Under the pieces are notes generated by a model. That model did not search any database. It had not been told where the DNA came from and saw only the letters and a program-made list of their open reading frames with translations. The position numbers and the translations under genes were made by a program. Positions 19,093-28,752 of a stretch of 64,000 nucleotides of DNA are shown piece after piece; within the stretch, counting starts at the first letter, position 1; every line of letters starts with the position of its first letter. This DNA comes from Candidatus Cloacimonadales bacterium (GTDB taxonomy: Bacteria; Cloacimonadota; Cloacimonadia; Cloacimonadales; JAFGVF01): NCBI GenBank assembly GCA_963677495.2, contig CAXXOU010000003.1, positions 160,001 through 224,000 of the forward strand, read 5' to 3'.

Positions 19093-20076
19093 TTAAATAA
19101 ACTGTTCCTTTAATATTTTCCAAAACTCAGGACGCATATCATTCCAGTTAAAGATTGATATACCTGAAGCATATTTAGCCTTAACTATCTTAATTACAAG
19201 TTTAAACTCCTCAGGTTTTAAATCATTGAGGTATAGTCCTGCAAAGATTGGCAGTTTCAACCTAGTTTCATCAATACCAAGAGAGATACCACTACCAATC
19301 CATTCTATGCTTTCATTGTAGAAACCATGATAAAGCATAGGGTATACAGCGTCAACATCCCAGTTCACCCAATCTTGTCTCACGCAACTACGGGCATTCT
19401 CTGGTGTTGGAAAGACAGCAGCAGTTACTAGCTTATTAAATGGTTTTATTACAGCACTTAACTCATTCACAATATCGGATATACTATCAAGTCTAAATTG
19501 CCTCCACTCCTTATCTTTTTCAGGAAAATGAATTGATAGAATATCTTTGCCATACTTCTTCTTAAAATTGCTTCGACAATGTTCACAGTAGCAGAAATCG
19601 AATTCGGGCATCTCTTCATCTTGAACTAGATTATATTTTGGTTGTAATCCAACCGGAAGGATAACATCAGGATATCTGATATAATCGAAATGAATACCAT
19701 CAACATCTTTTGTTTTAGCTAATTGCTCCATCTCATCTTTCAGGTATGGAAGCACATCAGGATGATTAGGACAGAGCCAGCGATAGTAATTCACATATGG
19801 TGCATCTTCGGCGCAAGATACACCGTTCCTGTTAACCATAAACCAATCAGTTCTTTCTAATTCTCTATGCAGATCCGGTCTTGCCATCATCATACGCCAT
19901 AGATGTGTTTCGAGTCCTGCCTCTTTAGCTGCCGTAATGATTGAATCAGGAACAGATTTACTAAGAAATATACCGGTTAAACCATGCTCTTTGGCATAAA
20001 CAAATTTCTTTTTCCATTCATCATAATCCATATCAGGATTACATGTAAGCCAGATGTACGATTGGAACTTACGCAT
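19093..20076 (-). CDS. GHL10/DUF187-like glycoside hydrolase
   Basis: WLCPNHP, DVDGIHFDYIRYP, FCYCEHCR, AAVFP..A...VRQDW, PMLY; likely ATG 20076. Confidence 0.75.
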   Translation of the reverse strand: MRKFQSYIWLTCNPDMDYDEWKKKFVYAKEHGLTGIFLSKSVPDSIITAAKEAGLETHLWRMMMARPDLHRELERTDWFMVNRNGVSCAEDAPYVNYYRWLCPNHPDVLPYLKDEMEQLAKTKDVDGIHFDYIRYPDVILPVGLQPKYNLVQDEEMPEFDFCYCEHCRSNFKKKYGKDILSIHFPEKDKEWRQFRLDSISDIVNELSAVIKPFNKLVTAAVFPTPENARSCVRQDWVNWDVDAVYPMLYHGFYNESIEWIGSGISLGIDETRLKLPIFAGLYLNDLKPEEFKLVIKIVKAKYASGISIFNWNDMRPEFWKILKEQFI

Positions 20077-20080
20077 CTGT

Positions 20081-20527
20081 TTACCTACCTTTTGCTGGAG
20101 GAGGTTCATTTATTATTAACCAGTACAGTCCAAGATAGTTAACTGCTTCCATAAAGTTATTAAAATCAACGGGTTTCCGAATGTAGCTATTGGCTCCGTT
20201 ATCATAACAACTAGCAACATCAACATCCTCTTTTGATGAAGTCAGGATGATAACAGGTAGTCTTGATGTTCGTTCAGCAGATCGTATTTCTTTCAACACT
20301 GTTAGTCCATCAACTTTAGGTAGTTGAAGATCTAAAAGCACAATTGACGGTAACTCATCGGGATCATTAGCAGAATACTTGCCCCTGCACTGGAGATAAT
20401 CTAATGCTTCAGCTCCATCTTCAACAATAACTAATTCATTGCTAATATTGCTCTTTGAGAATGCTCTTTTTGTTAATATTATATCACTCTCATTATCTTC
20501 AACTAATAGTATCTTTTTTATTTTCAT
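20081..20527 (-). CDS. Single-domain response regulator (Rcp1-like)
   Basis: LLVEDN..D, LLDLQLPKVDG, LTSS..DV..CY..GANSYIRKPVDF, LGLYWL. Confidence 0.93.
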   Translation of the reverse strand: MKIKKILLVEDNESDIILTKRAFSKSNISNELVIVEDGAEALDYLQCRGKYSANDPDELPSIVLLDLQLPKVDGLTVLKEIRSAERTSRLPVIILTSSKEDVDVASCYDNGANSYIRKPVDFNNFMEAVNYLGLYWLIINEPPPAKGR

Positions 20528-23500
20528 CGTACCTCCCTAATGTAAAATAGAAAGTCGCAAATTTGTTAACTACTGAGTCCGCCCAGATTCTCCCACTATG
20601 ACGCTCAATAATTTTCTTAACTGTTGTTAATCCGATACCTGTACCTTTAAACTCTTTATAGCTATGTAGCCTTTCAAAAGGTTTAAATAATTTATCCTTA
20701 TAGCTTAAATCAAATCCAACACCATTATCACTAACATAAAACTCTTTATCACCAGATTCCGGATTTGTTCTAACTCCGAACTCAATTACAGGATTTTCTT
20801 CATGAGATGTATACTTTACTGCATTAGATAACAAATTCGTAAGGACGACTTCCATCAGTTTTTTGTCAGCATATACAGATGCATTGTCAATTATTTTAAA
20901 TATAACCTTACTGTCAGGGTTCATACCTTTCAAAGTACTACATATAGAATTTGCAATCTTAGAAAGGTTTATGGATTCCATTTTCGTTGTTAATCTTGTT
21001 GTTCTAGAAAGAGTCAATATTGCCTCGATTAAGTCCTCTAATTTCTTGGTCTCAATCTTGATTCTACCTAGGTAGTCCTTCCCATTATCATCCAATATAT
21101 CAGAATAGTCTTCCAGTAAAATTTGGCTCATACCATCTATTCCTCTTAGAGGTGCTCTAAGATCATGGGACACGGAATAGGAAAAGGACTCTAGCTCTTT
21201 CAAAGCAATTTGTAACTCTTTTGTTCGAGCTTGCACCTTCTGTTCTAGTGACTCGTTTAGAAGTTTTATCTCCTGTTCCTGTTTACGTTTATCTGTGATA
21301 TCTCTAAAGAAAACTGTGATTTTACGGGGTTGAATCTGCATTGCATGAACATCAAAGACTCCCGTAATAAGACCATCATTATAGCTGATATGTTCAGAAG
21401 TATATGGTTCTCCAGATAATGCCACTTTTTTATAGACTTCAACTAAACCAGTCTCAGCATTTCCTGGGAAAGCTTCAAGAATAGTTTTACCGAGTAATGC
21501 TTTATTATCAATTTTAAGGATTTGGTCTGCTGATTTATTGCAACCTATGAGGATTAGGTCGTCCTTTTCATTGAGCTCCCAAGTATGTGCACCAAATGGA
21601 GCTGAATTGATGATGGATCTAAGTCTTTCATCACGACCTTTTAAAACCATTGTAGCAATTTTTTGATCAGTAATATCCCTCATTAAATGTATTATTCGAG
21701 AAATCTCACCATCCTCATCATATATTGGATCAAGTAAGACATTGAACCATTTGTCTCCAATTTTCAAGTCTTCACTAGCCCTACCATTTTTAGATTTCAG
21801 TTTATCAATTGGACATTCATCGATAGGTTTATCAGTTTTATGGACTATCTCCCAACAATGTCTTCCAATAACTTCTTCTGTTGTAACAGAGAAATATTGT
21901 TCCACTGTGGAGTTGCTTCTAAGGATTTTGCACTCCTGATCTAAAATCCAGATTATGTCATTAACGGAGTCAAATGTTGATTTCCACTCCTTTGAAAGAG
22001 CTAATGATGATTGTAATTCTCTTCTTCTTTGTGTATAACCAATACCGAATGCAACAAATAGTAACATAACAGAAACTAAAGAACCAAGACGGATTGCTTC
22101 CTCTTTAATTGGTTCATACACTTCACTAAGATCGATTTTTGAAACCATGAACCAGTCTGTCCCTTTAACAGCTCGTAAAGCAGCCAGGACTAAAACCTCT
22201 CTATAATCTGGTCCGATCACAACACCCTCACCTTGTCGCAGCCCAATCACTGCAGGTAACAGCTTCTTTTCATCAATTAAAAAAGATAGGTGCAGGTCAG
22301 AGTTATCAACATGCCTAAGGTCATTAAGGAATATGACTTTTGAATCTTTCTCTTTAACCAGCAAAGTTTCTGCAGTTTTTGAGTTTGTTGGCCATTCTTG
22401 AATATATGGATATAAGAAAAAGGTTGGGTTATAATGAAAAAGCCAGTAGGCAATTGGCTTAGTTTCATCATCCTTAGAGGGGATTGGAATCCAGAAATCT
22501 AGATGTATAGCGTTACTGTTATCTTCAACATGAAAATCATCAAGTGTTACCTTACTATATTTGACAACTTTTTTTAGAAACTCCTCATCATGCTTTGAGT
22601 TTACTTGACCTTCTTTGTAGGAGTAAAGAAGCTTTCCTTCAGAGTCAAAAAGCTTAAAATTATCATAATTATACTTATGTTCTAAATCTCGATAGATTGC
22701 CTCATACCTTTTATGCAGTACATCTAGTGAATTATTCGCATAATGATGATTAAACTGTTGCGTAAATTGTTCTGATCTGAAAAGAAGAGTGTGCAAGTTC
22801 ACATTATCAATATACCAAGTGGATAACTGTTTTGTTTTCATATCAGCAATCAGTTCTAACTGTTCTTTAGCTTTTTCTTTCTTATCACTTATCTGATAAC
22901 GTAGATAAAGTACACCACCGACTCCAATTGCAAGTGCTAAAATACCAAAGATAAACATTGATCTTACAAAGTAAATCTCTTTCTTTGTAGAGTTATCTAC
23001 TCGGTGAAGACCAAAAATTCTGTTGATAATAGTGTATTTGGAATGCTTTAAGATGAGGATTATCGAGATTAGTGATACAGTTAATGAAGTAAAGACAGAC
23101 ATGGGTATCTGCTTTCTATAATACAATTGAGGAACACCAATCAGGTAACTAACGAAGATCCATAATCCGAAAACACCTGTGATTGTTGCAAGAAAAAGCA
23201 CAAAGTTATGTATAAATCTTTTATTGAAAGCAAATCCAAGTCTAATCATAAGGATAAGAGAAAGGATACTTATGTTAAAACCGGATGTTAGAGCCATTCT
23301 ACCAACAGGGTATTGAATCACAATTTCCTTTTTATCGTAAAGCATTACTTCAATCGGAGTAAACAAGTGCTTCCAAGGAGAAATAGCAACAGATAATGAA
23401 AAAATAAAGAGGAGACCGCAGGTAATCAATGCAATAAGCTTATATGTTCTGTTTTTGATAATGATCTGATGAATTAAAATTAATATACAAATTAGAAGAA

Positions 23501-23684
23501 ATGCTATTGAATTTGAAGGAGGCATGGGTACGTAATCTTTGTTAAAATTGAATGTATCCCAACTATCAGTTACCCAGCTAACCAAAGTTATTAAACATAT
23601 TATAATTGGGATAATCAAAAGCACATTATAGGTCTTGAAAATACTTCTACTATTCTGCATTTTTACCTGCTTTGACTGTTTCAA
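20499..23684 (-). CDS. Multi-TM PAS-domain sensor histidine kinase
   Basis: ELESFSYSVSHDLRAPLR H-box, NLLSNAVKY, DNGVGF, F.RLH...F.GTGIGL; two PAS-like segments; start may be ATG 23660. Confidence 0.92.
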   Translation of the reverse strand: MKQSKQVKMQNSRSIFKTYNVLLIIPIIICLITLVSWVTDSWDTFNFNKDYVPMPPSNSIAFLLICILILIHQIIIKNRTYKLIALITCGLLFIFSLSVAISPWKHLFTPIEVMLYDKKEIVIQYPVGRMALTSGFNISILSLILMIRLGFAFNKRFIHNFVLFLATITGVFGLWIFVSYLIGVPQLYYRKQIPMSVFTSLTVSLISIILILKHSKYTIINRIFGLHRVDNSTKKEIYFVRSMFIFGILALAIGVGGVLYLRYQISDKKEKAKEQLELIADMKTKQLSTWYIDNVNLHTLLFRSEQFTQQFNHHYANNSLDVLHKRYEAIYRDLEHKYNYDNFKLFDSEGKLLYSYKEGQVNSKHDEEFLKKVVKYSKVTLDDFHVEDNSNAIHLDFWIPIPSKDDETKPIAYWLFHYNPTFFLYPYIQEWPTNSKTAETLLVKEKDSKVIFLNDLRHVDNSDLHLSFLIDEKKLLPAVIGLRQGEGVVIGPDYREVLVLAALRAVKGTDWFMVSKIDLSEVYEPIKEEAIRLGSLVSVMLLFVAFGIGYTQRRRELQSSLALSKEWKSTFDSVNDIIWILDQECKILRSNSTVEQYFSVTTEEVIGRHCWEIVHKTDKPIDECPIDKLKSKNGRASEDLKIGDKWFNVLLDPIYDEDGEISRIIHLMRDITDQKIATMVLKGRDERLRSIINSAPFGAHTWELNEKDDLILIGCNKSADQILKIDNKALLGKTILEAFPGNAETGLVEVYKKVALSGEPYTSEHISYNDGLITGVFDVHAMQIQPRKITVFFRDITDKRKQEQEIKLLNESLEQKVQARTKELQIALKELESFSYSVSHDLRAPLRGIDGMSQILLEDYSDILDDNGKDYLGRIKIETKKLEDLIEAILTLSRTTRLTTKMESINLSKIANSICSTLKGMNPDSKVIFKIIDNASVYADKKLMEVVLTNLLSNAVKYTSHEENPVIEFGVRTNPESGDKEFYVSDNGVGFDLSYKDKLFKPFERLHSYKEFKGTGIGLTTVKKIIERHSGRIWADSVVNKFATFYFTLGRYDENKKDTIS

Positions 23685-23757
23685 ATTTATCGTTTACTTA
23701 TATCTTCATGCTAATTATGAAAGAATAAAAATAGTTGTCAAACAAGATTTTTCATAT

Positions 23758-23785
23758 AAAAAAAAGGGTTACACGAGTAACCCTT
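23758..23785 (-). terminator. Rho-independent terminator of groES
   Basis: A-run then AAGGGTTAC-ACGA-GTAACCCTT. Confidence 0.8.
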
Positions 23786-23809
23786 AAATCATAATTATAT
23801 ACAGCTTGT

Positions 23810-24076
23810 TTATTCAACAACGCATAAGATATCAGCAAACTTAACGATAAGATAAGTTTCGTCCTCAAACTTAACTTCAGTACCGGCAAATTTTCTATAT
23901 ATTACCTTATCGCCAACTGACAAAACTTCCAGCATTTCTGGATCAGTTCCTAATGCTTCAATAATACCGATATTTGCATCTTCTTTTGCTGAGTCAGGGA
24001 TATACAACCCATTAACCATCTCTTCTGAAGCCACAATTCTAGTGAGACATACATTGTCTTGAACTGGTTTAAGCAT
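23810..24076 (-). CDS. groES: Co-chaperonin GroES
   Basis: MLKPV.D.V...GLYIPDSAKE...G...A.G....VGDKVIY.KFAGTEVK....YLI....DIL. Confidence 0.93.
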   Translation of the reverse strand: MLKPVQDNVCLTRIVASEEMVNGLYIPDSAKEDANIGIIEALGTDPEMLEVLSVGDKVIYRKFAGTEVKFEDETYLIVKFADILCVVE

Positions 24077-24101
24077 ATTTCCTCCATATATTATTTATTA
24101 C

Positions 24102-24128
24102 TTGGCAATCATTATAGAAGAGTGCTAA
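24102..24128 (-). promoter_or_regulatory. CIRCE element (HrcA operator) overlapping the groES promoter
   Basis: Minus strand TTAGCACTC-N9-GATTGCCAA versus consensus TTAGCACTC-N9-GAGTGCTAA; TTGACA at 24137-24132 and TATAAT inside the spacer. Confidence 0.88.
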
Positions 24129-24243
24129 TTCTGTCAAGATTATTTTATGTCATTCCAATATTTGCATTGTAAATGCCTGTTTCGGACATATAATCTTAAC
24201 AGCAATTCAAGGAAATAGCTTACGAATTTTCTAAAGTGATGAG

Positions 24244-26175
24244 CTAATTAATGAATTGACTTATTGAATTGAAGAGTTGTTCTCTACTGAATGGTTTTGA
24301 AAGGTAATCGTTGAATCCAAGTTTTCTCAACTTTTCCTCATCACCAACCATTGCGTAAGCTGTTTCTGCAATTATTGGCAAATCAGGGTTTAGCTTTTTA
24401 ATCAATTTAAAAGCTTCTTTCCCATCCATCTCAGGAAGATCGATATCCATCAAAACTAAGTCAAATGCTGTCTTTTGGCAAAGCTCTACTGCTTGTTCCC
24501 CATTTACAGCGAAAACAATCTCGATACAAGTTGGTTTTAATAGACTTTCCAGATAGAATCTAACATCATCATTGTCTTCTGTAATAAGAATCCTCTTACC
24601 TGGCCACTTACATTTACCAGCGTTCACAGTTGGAGCTGATACGTTCTTAGTGGAGCTCACGCGATTATCTGGGGAATATGGCAAAGAAAAGATAAAAGTT
24701 GCACCACGTCCAATCTCTGATTCAACCCAAATCTTTCCTCCTAACAGCTCAACCAGCTCTTTACTGATAGTTAAACCTAAACCTGCTCCTGATTGTGATG
24801 ATTTGACACCTTTAGATGTCCTAAAACGATTAAATATGCTATCTAAATCATCCTTCTTAATACCGGGACCAGAGTCAGTCACAAAGAACTTCATCTTCTC
24901 ATCTTCGATTGTATAGCCAAACTCAATATAACCATGATCAGTAAACTTAAGTGCATTATTTAGAAGATTTGTGAATATTTGCTCAAACCTAATCTGATCA
25001 GTGTCAAGAACTGCATTTTCATCTGGAAGTGGAATAGAGTAAAAAATCTTTAATCCAGCTTTGTCCAACTTATTTTTTTGTAACTCAAAAGTGCTGTGAA
25101 GAGTTCGAATAATGTTATTAATATTTATCATATCTTTGTTTATTTCCAATTGCCTACATTCGATTTTTGAAACATCAATTATATCATTTATTAATGACAA
25201 TAACCTTTTACCATTATTGCGAATAATTGTGAGATATGTTTTTTTGTCAAGTTCAGAGCTATCCGGATTGTCCATTAGATCAGAAAATCCTAAAATTGAG
25301 TTCAAGGGTGTCCTTATTTCGTGTGACATATTTGCAAGAAAAGCTGTTTTCAATTTATCACTTTCAAGAGCTTTTTCACGAGCTTGTCTTAGAAGTCTCT
25401 CCTGTGCTCTGTCTGTCGTAACATCCCTCATAAGCCCAATAATCATATCATTATTATCTTTAAGCTTAAAGGGTATCTTTGCTTTGATCAGGTTGAAGCT
25501 TTTACCTTCGGGAGTGAACAGAACTTCCTCATATTCATCGTTGGCTCCACTTTCTACAACTTCAACATCTTTGCTTTTAAACTTGTTAGCAACCTCAGTT
25601 CCAAAAAGTTCATCATCTGTCTTACCAATCACTTTATCCTTGGGTAATGAATAGATGTTTTCACACACCTTGTTCCAAACAATATATTCTCTAGTAACAG
25701 CATCTTTAACAAAAACACCGGTCGGGATATGCTCAATCAAGGTTTCCAGTAAATCACGCGAACTAAGGATTGCATTTTCACGATTCTTAAAACTAGTTAT
25801 ATCATGAGTAATACTGACAATCAGAGATGGTCTTTGTTTATTATCTCTCATCAATATGTTTCGAGCAGACATGTTAATAAGCTTGCCTTCAGAGGTAATA
25901 CATCTATACTCACTTTCAGATTCACCATCCGCAATCGCAGTATCTAACGCTTCTTTGTAAATACCAAAATCATCAGGATAAATCCATTCAGGATGAGAGA
26001 AATCAACCTCAGTTATTCTATTCAAGCCAAGCATTTCAAAGAATAGTCTATTTGCAAATATAAGTTTGCCATCAAGAGTATATAAAGCAATCCTACTGTT
26101 GATGTTATCCAGAATCTGCCTGAACAGATTTCTATGCCTGATTACTCGATTCGCTGATTGATTATTCTCTGCCAT
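24244..26175 (-). CDS. Cytoplasmic PAS-PAS hybrid histidine kinase / response regulator
   Basis: Two PAS domains; AFLANMSHEIRTPLN, NLLNNALKFT, GAGLGLTI; receiver MDIDLP..DG..SKP. Confidence 0.93.
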   Translation of the reverse strand: MAENNQSANRVIRHRNLFRQILDNINSRIALYTLDGKLIFANRLFFEMLGLNRITEVDFSHPEWIYPDDFGIYKEALDTAIADGESESEYRCITSEGKLINMSARNILMRDNKQRPSLIVSITHDITSFKNRENAILSSRDLLETLIEHIPTGVFVKDAVTREYIVWNKVCENIYSLPKDKVIGKTDDELFGTEVANKFKSKDVEVVESGANDEYEEVLFTPEGKSFNLIKAKIPFKLKDNNDMIIGLMRDVTTDRAQERLLRQAREKALESDKLKTAFLANMSHEIRTPLNSILGFSDLMDNPDSSELDKKTYLTIIRNNGKRLLSLINDIIDVSKIECRQLEINKDMININNIIRTLHSTFELQKNKLDKAGLKIFYSIPLPDENAVLDTDQIRFEQIFTNLLNNALKFTDHGYIEFGYTIEDEKMKFFVTDSGPGIKKDDLDSIFNRFRTSKGVKSSQSGAGLGLTISKELVELLGGKIWVESEIGRGATFIFSLPYSPDNRVSSTKNVSAPTVNAGKCKWPGKRILITEDNDDVRFYLESLLKPTCIEIVFAVNGEQAVELCQKTAFDLVLMDIDLPEMDGKEAFKLIKKLNPDLPIIAETAYAMVGDEEKLRKLGFNDYLSKPFSREQLFNSISQFIN

Positions 26176-26176
26176 G

Positions 26177-26335
26177 CTATTTCTGTTCAGCTTTTGCTTT
26201 TGAATGCTTTCCTAATAGTTTTATTATTCCGTAGAAGATACCCATGAAGATAAATATTCCTAGCATCCCTTTGCCCATAATTCCTAAAGAAGCAACGAAT
26301 GTACTTATTGCTTCAGGACTTAGTATTCCGTTCAT
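26177..26335 (-). CDS. Small OadG-related single-TM protein (52 aa), not in ORF track
   Basis: MNGILSPEAISTFVASLGIMGKGMLGIFIFMGIFYGIIKLLGKHSKAKAEQK; GAGG RBS; fills the gap between rlmH and the kinase. Confidence 0.7.
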   Translation of the reverse strand: MNGILSPEAISTFVASLGIMGKGMLGIFIFMGIFYGIIKLLGKHSKAKAEQK

Positions 26336-26342
26336 AATAACC

Positions 26343-26807
26343 TCAATAATGGTATTTTTTGTTCTTTATTACCGCGAAACAACGATAGAGCTGTTCCACA
26401 AGAATTAGTCTTATCATCTGATGTGTAAAAGTCATCTTTGAGAAACTAAGAACAAAGTTTGCTTGTTCTCTTATCGACTTGTCCAATCCATAAACACCAC
26501 CGATAATAAAGTCAATATTTTTATCACCCATCTGCATCTCTATCTTCTTAGATAAATCGACAGTAGAGATGTTTTTACCAACTTCATCCAGGGCAATTGT
26601 AAAGTTTCGTGGATTTAGATGCTTCTTAATAATCTCTGCCTCTTTTGATTTAACAAGAGCTACAGTATTTGAGTTACTCAATTTAACATCAGCTATTTGT
26701 ACAAATTCAACCTTAACCCAAGCACTGAGTCTTTTCAAATACTCTTTAATACCGTCGTTAAGGTAATTGTCTTTTGTTTTTCCGGGACAAATTATTCTTA
26801 TATGCAT
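26343..26807 (-). CDS. rlmH: 23S rRNA (pseudouridine1915-N3)-methyltransferase
   Basis: EYLKRL, ALDE.GK, FIIGG.YGL, SFSKMTFTHQMIRLILVEQLYR..KYH. Confidence 0.95.
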   Translation of the reverse strand: MHIRIICPGKTKDNYLNDGIKEYLKRLSAWVKVEFVQIADVKLSNSNTVALVKSKEAEIIKKHLNPRNFTIALDEVGKNISTVDLSKKIEMQMGDKNIDFIIGGVYGLDKSIREQANFVLSFSKMTFTHQMIRLILVEQLYRCFAVIKNKKYHY

Positions 26808-26811
26808 AAAC

Positions 26812-26833
26812 AAAAAAGGGGGATTATCTCCCC
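26812..26833 (-). terminator. Short intrinsic terminator after ptb
   Basis: A6-GGGGGA-TTATC-TCCCC. Confidence 0.5.
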
Positions 26834-26852
26834 GTAAAAAGTTATCTTTTAC

Positions 26853-27752
26853 TTACTGAGCAGCAAGTACACCCATTGCAACACAAAGCATCTTTGTCTC
26901 ACCTGTATCAGCTCTAGAAGCGATAAGGATAGGAACTTTTGTGCCCATCACAACATGAGCAACTCTATAGTTACAATAGTAAGTTAATGCTTTACCGAAA
27001 ATGTTGCCTGACTCAATATTAGGCACTATAAGAACATCTGCTTTTCCGGCTACTTCAGATTCAATACCTTTGATTCTTGCTGCTTCTTCACTTATAGCAT
27101 TATCAAAAGCTAAAGGTCCATCAACTACACAGCCTTTAATCTGACCACGTGCGTTCATCTTTGAGATGATTGAAGCATCTACTGTGCACTGCATCTTTGG
27201 ATTAACTTTCTCTACAGCAGCAAGGAGAGCCACTTTTGGGTTTGGGCAATCCATTGAATGTGCAACTTTTACAGCATTATTTATGATTGCGACCTTTTCT
27301 TTAAGTTCAGGATATAAGTTAATACCTCCATCACTCATAAGAATAATCCTTTCGGGATGTTCAAAAGCTAATACATCAGAGATAACAGCGCTTTCTCTTA
27401 CGCCATTCACTTTATCAAGTGCAGCTTTAAGAAGAAGTGCAGTATCAGCTTTACCCTTAAGAATGATGTCGCCTTTACCCTCTTTAGCAAGGCGTACTGT
27501 TTCAACACAAGCTTTCTGAAGGTCAGCACCCGTATCAACAATCTCAAATGCATCTTTGTATTCAACGAATTGGTCATTTAGAATAGCAAGAATAGCTTCT
27601 TTATCTCCGATAAGTATGCTATCTGCAAGCCCCTCTTTTTTTGCTAAAACTGAAGCTTCAATAGCTGATGGTGTCTGAGCACCTGCAACCAGAACTATTT
27701 TACCTGATAGTCCTCTAACTTTGGCGAGCATCTCGTCAAAATTGCGAATCAT
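26853..27752 (-). CDS. ptb: Phosphate butyryltransferase / phosphate acyltransferase
   Basis: SDGGIN.YP, PKVALLAAVEKVNPKM, GPLAFDNAIS.EAA.IKGI.S.VAGKAD.L.VPNIESGN, VPI...SRAD. Confidence 0.88.
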   Translation of the reverse strand: MIRNFDEMLAKVRGLSGKIVLVAGAQTPSAIEASVLAKKEGLADSILIGDKEAILAILNDQFVEYKDAFEIVDTGADLQKACVETVRLAKEGKGDIILKGKADTALLLKAALDKVNGVRESAVISDVLAFEHPERIILMSDGGINLYPELKEKVAIINNAVKVAHSMDCPNPKVALLAAVEKVNPKMQCTVDASIISKMNARGQIKGCVVDGPLAFDNAISEEAARIKGIESEVAGKADVLIVPNIESGNIFGKALTYYCNYRVAHVVMGTKVPILIASRADTGETKMLCVAMGVLAAQ

Positions 27753-27774
27753 ATTAATCCTCCATCTATTTCTT

Positions 27775-28629
27775 TTATATAAACATCATGGATGTATTAG
27801 AATGACCTTTAGGAGTTATATCCTTTAAGATCTTCTTAAGTGCTTCCTTTTGGATCTGTCTGACACGTTCACGAGATAGATTCATCTCATCAGCTATGCT
27901 GGCAAAATTCCTGCTCTCTGTGTCTTCTAAACCAAAGTAAGCTTTTAGTATATATGATTCACGTCTATCCAGTTTTTTTATAGCACTGTCAATGTTTTTT
28001 TGTAATTGCTCATTTCTGTAAACTGCTTCCGGTTCAAATGTATCATCTGCAGTAATATAGTCACCAATTGTTACATCTTTAGAGTTTCCTTTGTCTGAAG
28101 ACTCATCTAATGATAGTGTAGGGCGAACTTGACGACTGATAGATTCTATTGCGCTACTCTTGACATTAGTCAGCTTCTCAAGTTCCTTATTTGAAAGCAC
28201 TTCACCTGTTTGATTGAAGACTTTCTCACGAGTAGATTTTATTTTATTATAAGTGTTAACCTTGCCAAGTGGTACTCTTATCATAGAGCTTTTTTCTGCA
28301 ACGGCTTGCATAATTCTCTGCTTTATCCACCATATACCGTAAGAGATAAGCTTTATATCTTTCGAAGGATCAAACTTCTCTAAGGCTTTGATTAGTCCGA
28401 TGTTTCCTTCACTTATAAGTTCAGAAAGACTAAGTCCACGTCCCTGATAACGAGCGGCTATCTTTACAACGAACTTAAGATTAGATTGTATTAATTTATC
28501 AATTGCTGCCTGATCTCCATTCTTGGCTTTAATAGCATATTGATGTTCCTCTTCTTTAGAGAGTGATGTATATGTAGAAATCTGTTTCAGATATTGTTGT
28601 AAGGCTTTGTCTTCAAATACGTTTTCCAT
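27775..28629 (-). CDS. Sigma-70 factor, RpoD/RpoS-like short form lacking region 1.1
   Basis: LQQYLKQI, SNLKFVVKIA..YQGRGL...LISEGNIGL..A.EKFD, WWIKQ, LSRERVRQI. Confidence 0.92.
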   Translation of the reverse strand: MENVFEDKALQQYLKQISTYTSLSKEEEHQYAIKAKNGDQAAIDKLIQSNLKFVVKIAARYQGRGLSLSELISEGNIGLIKALEKFDPSKDIKLISYGIWWIKQRIMQAVAEKSSMIRVPLGKVNTYNKIKSTREKVFNQTGEVLSNKELEKLTNVKSSAIESISRQVRPTLSLDESSDKGNSKDVTIGDYITADDTFEPEAVYRNEQLQKNIDSAIKKLDRRESYILKAYFGLEDTESRNFASIADEMNLSRERVRQIQKEALKKILKDITPKGHSNTSMMFI

Positions 28630-28752
28630 AAATACCTCTTACACATTTTAAAATATATTTATAATTTTCTCTACTTACGTAGAATTAATTCCTACAAATA
28701 TTATAGCCATTCAATCCGGCATGCCAAATTCTTTTTTTTATATTTTTTTGTA

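Noticed and set aside
28706..28728. Sigma-54 promoter upstream of the sigma factor gene (TTGGCATG on minus strand)
   Set aside because: No GC at the -12 position with correct spacing
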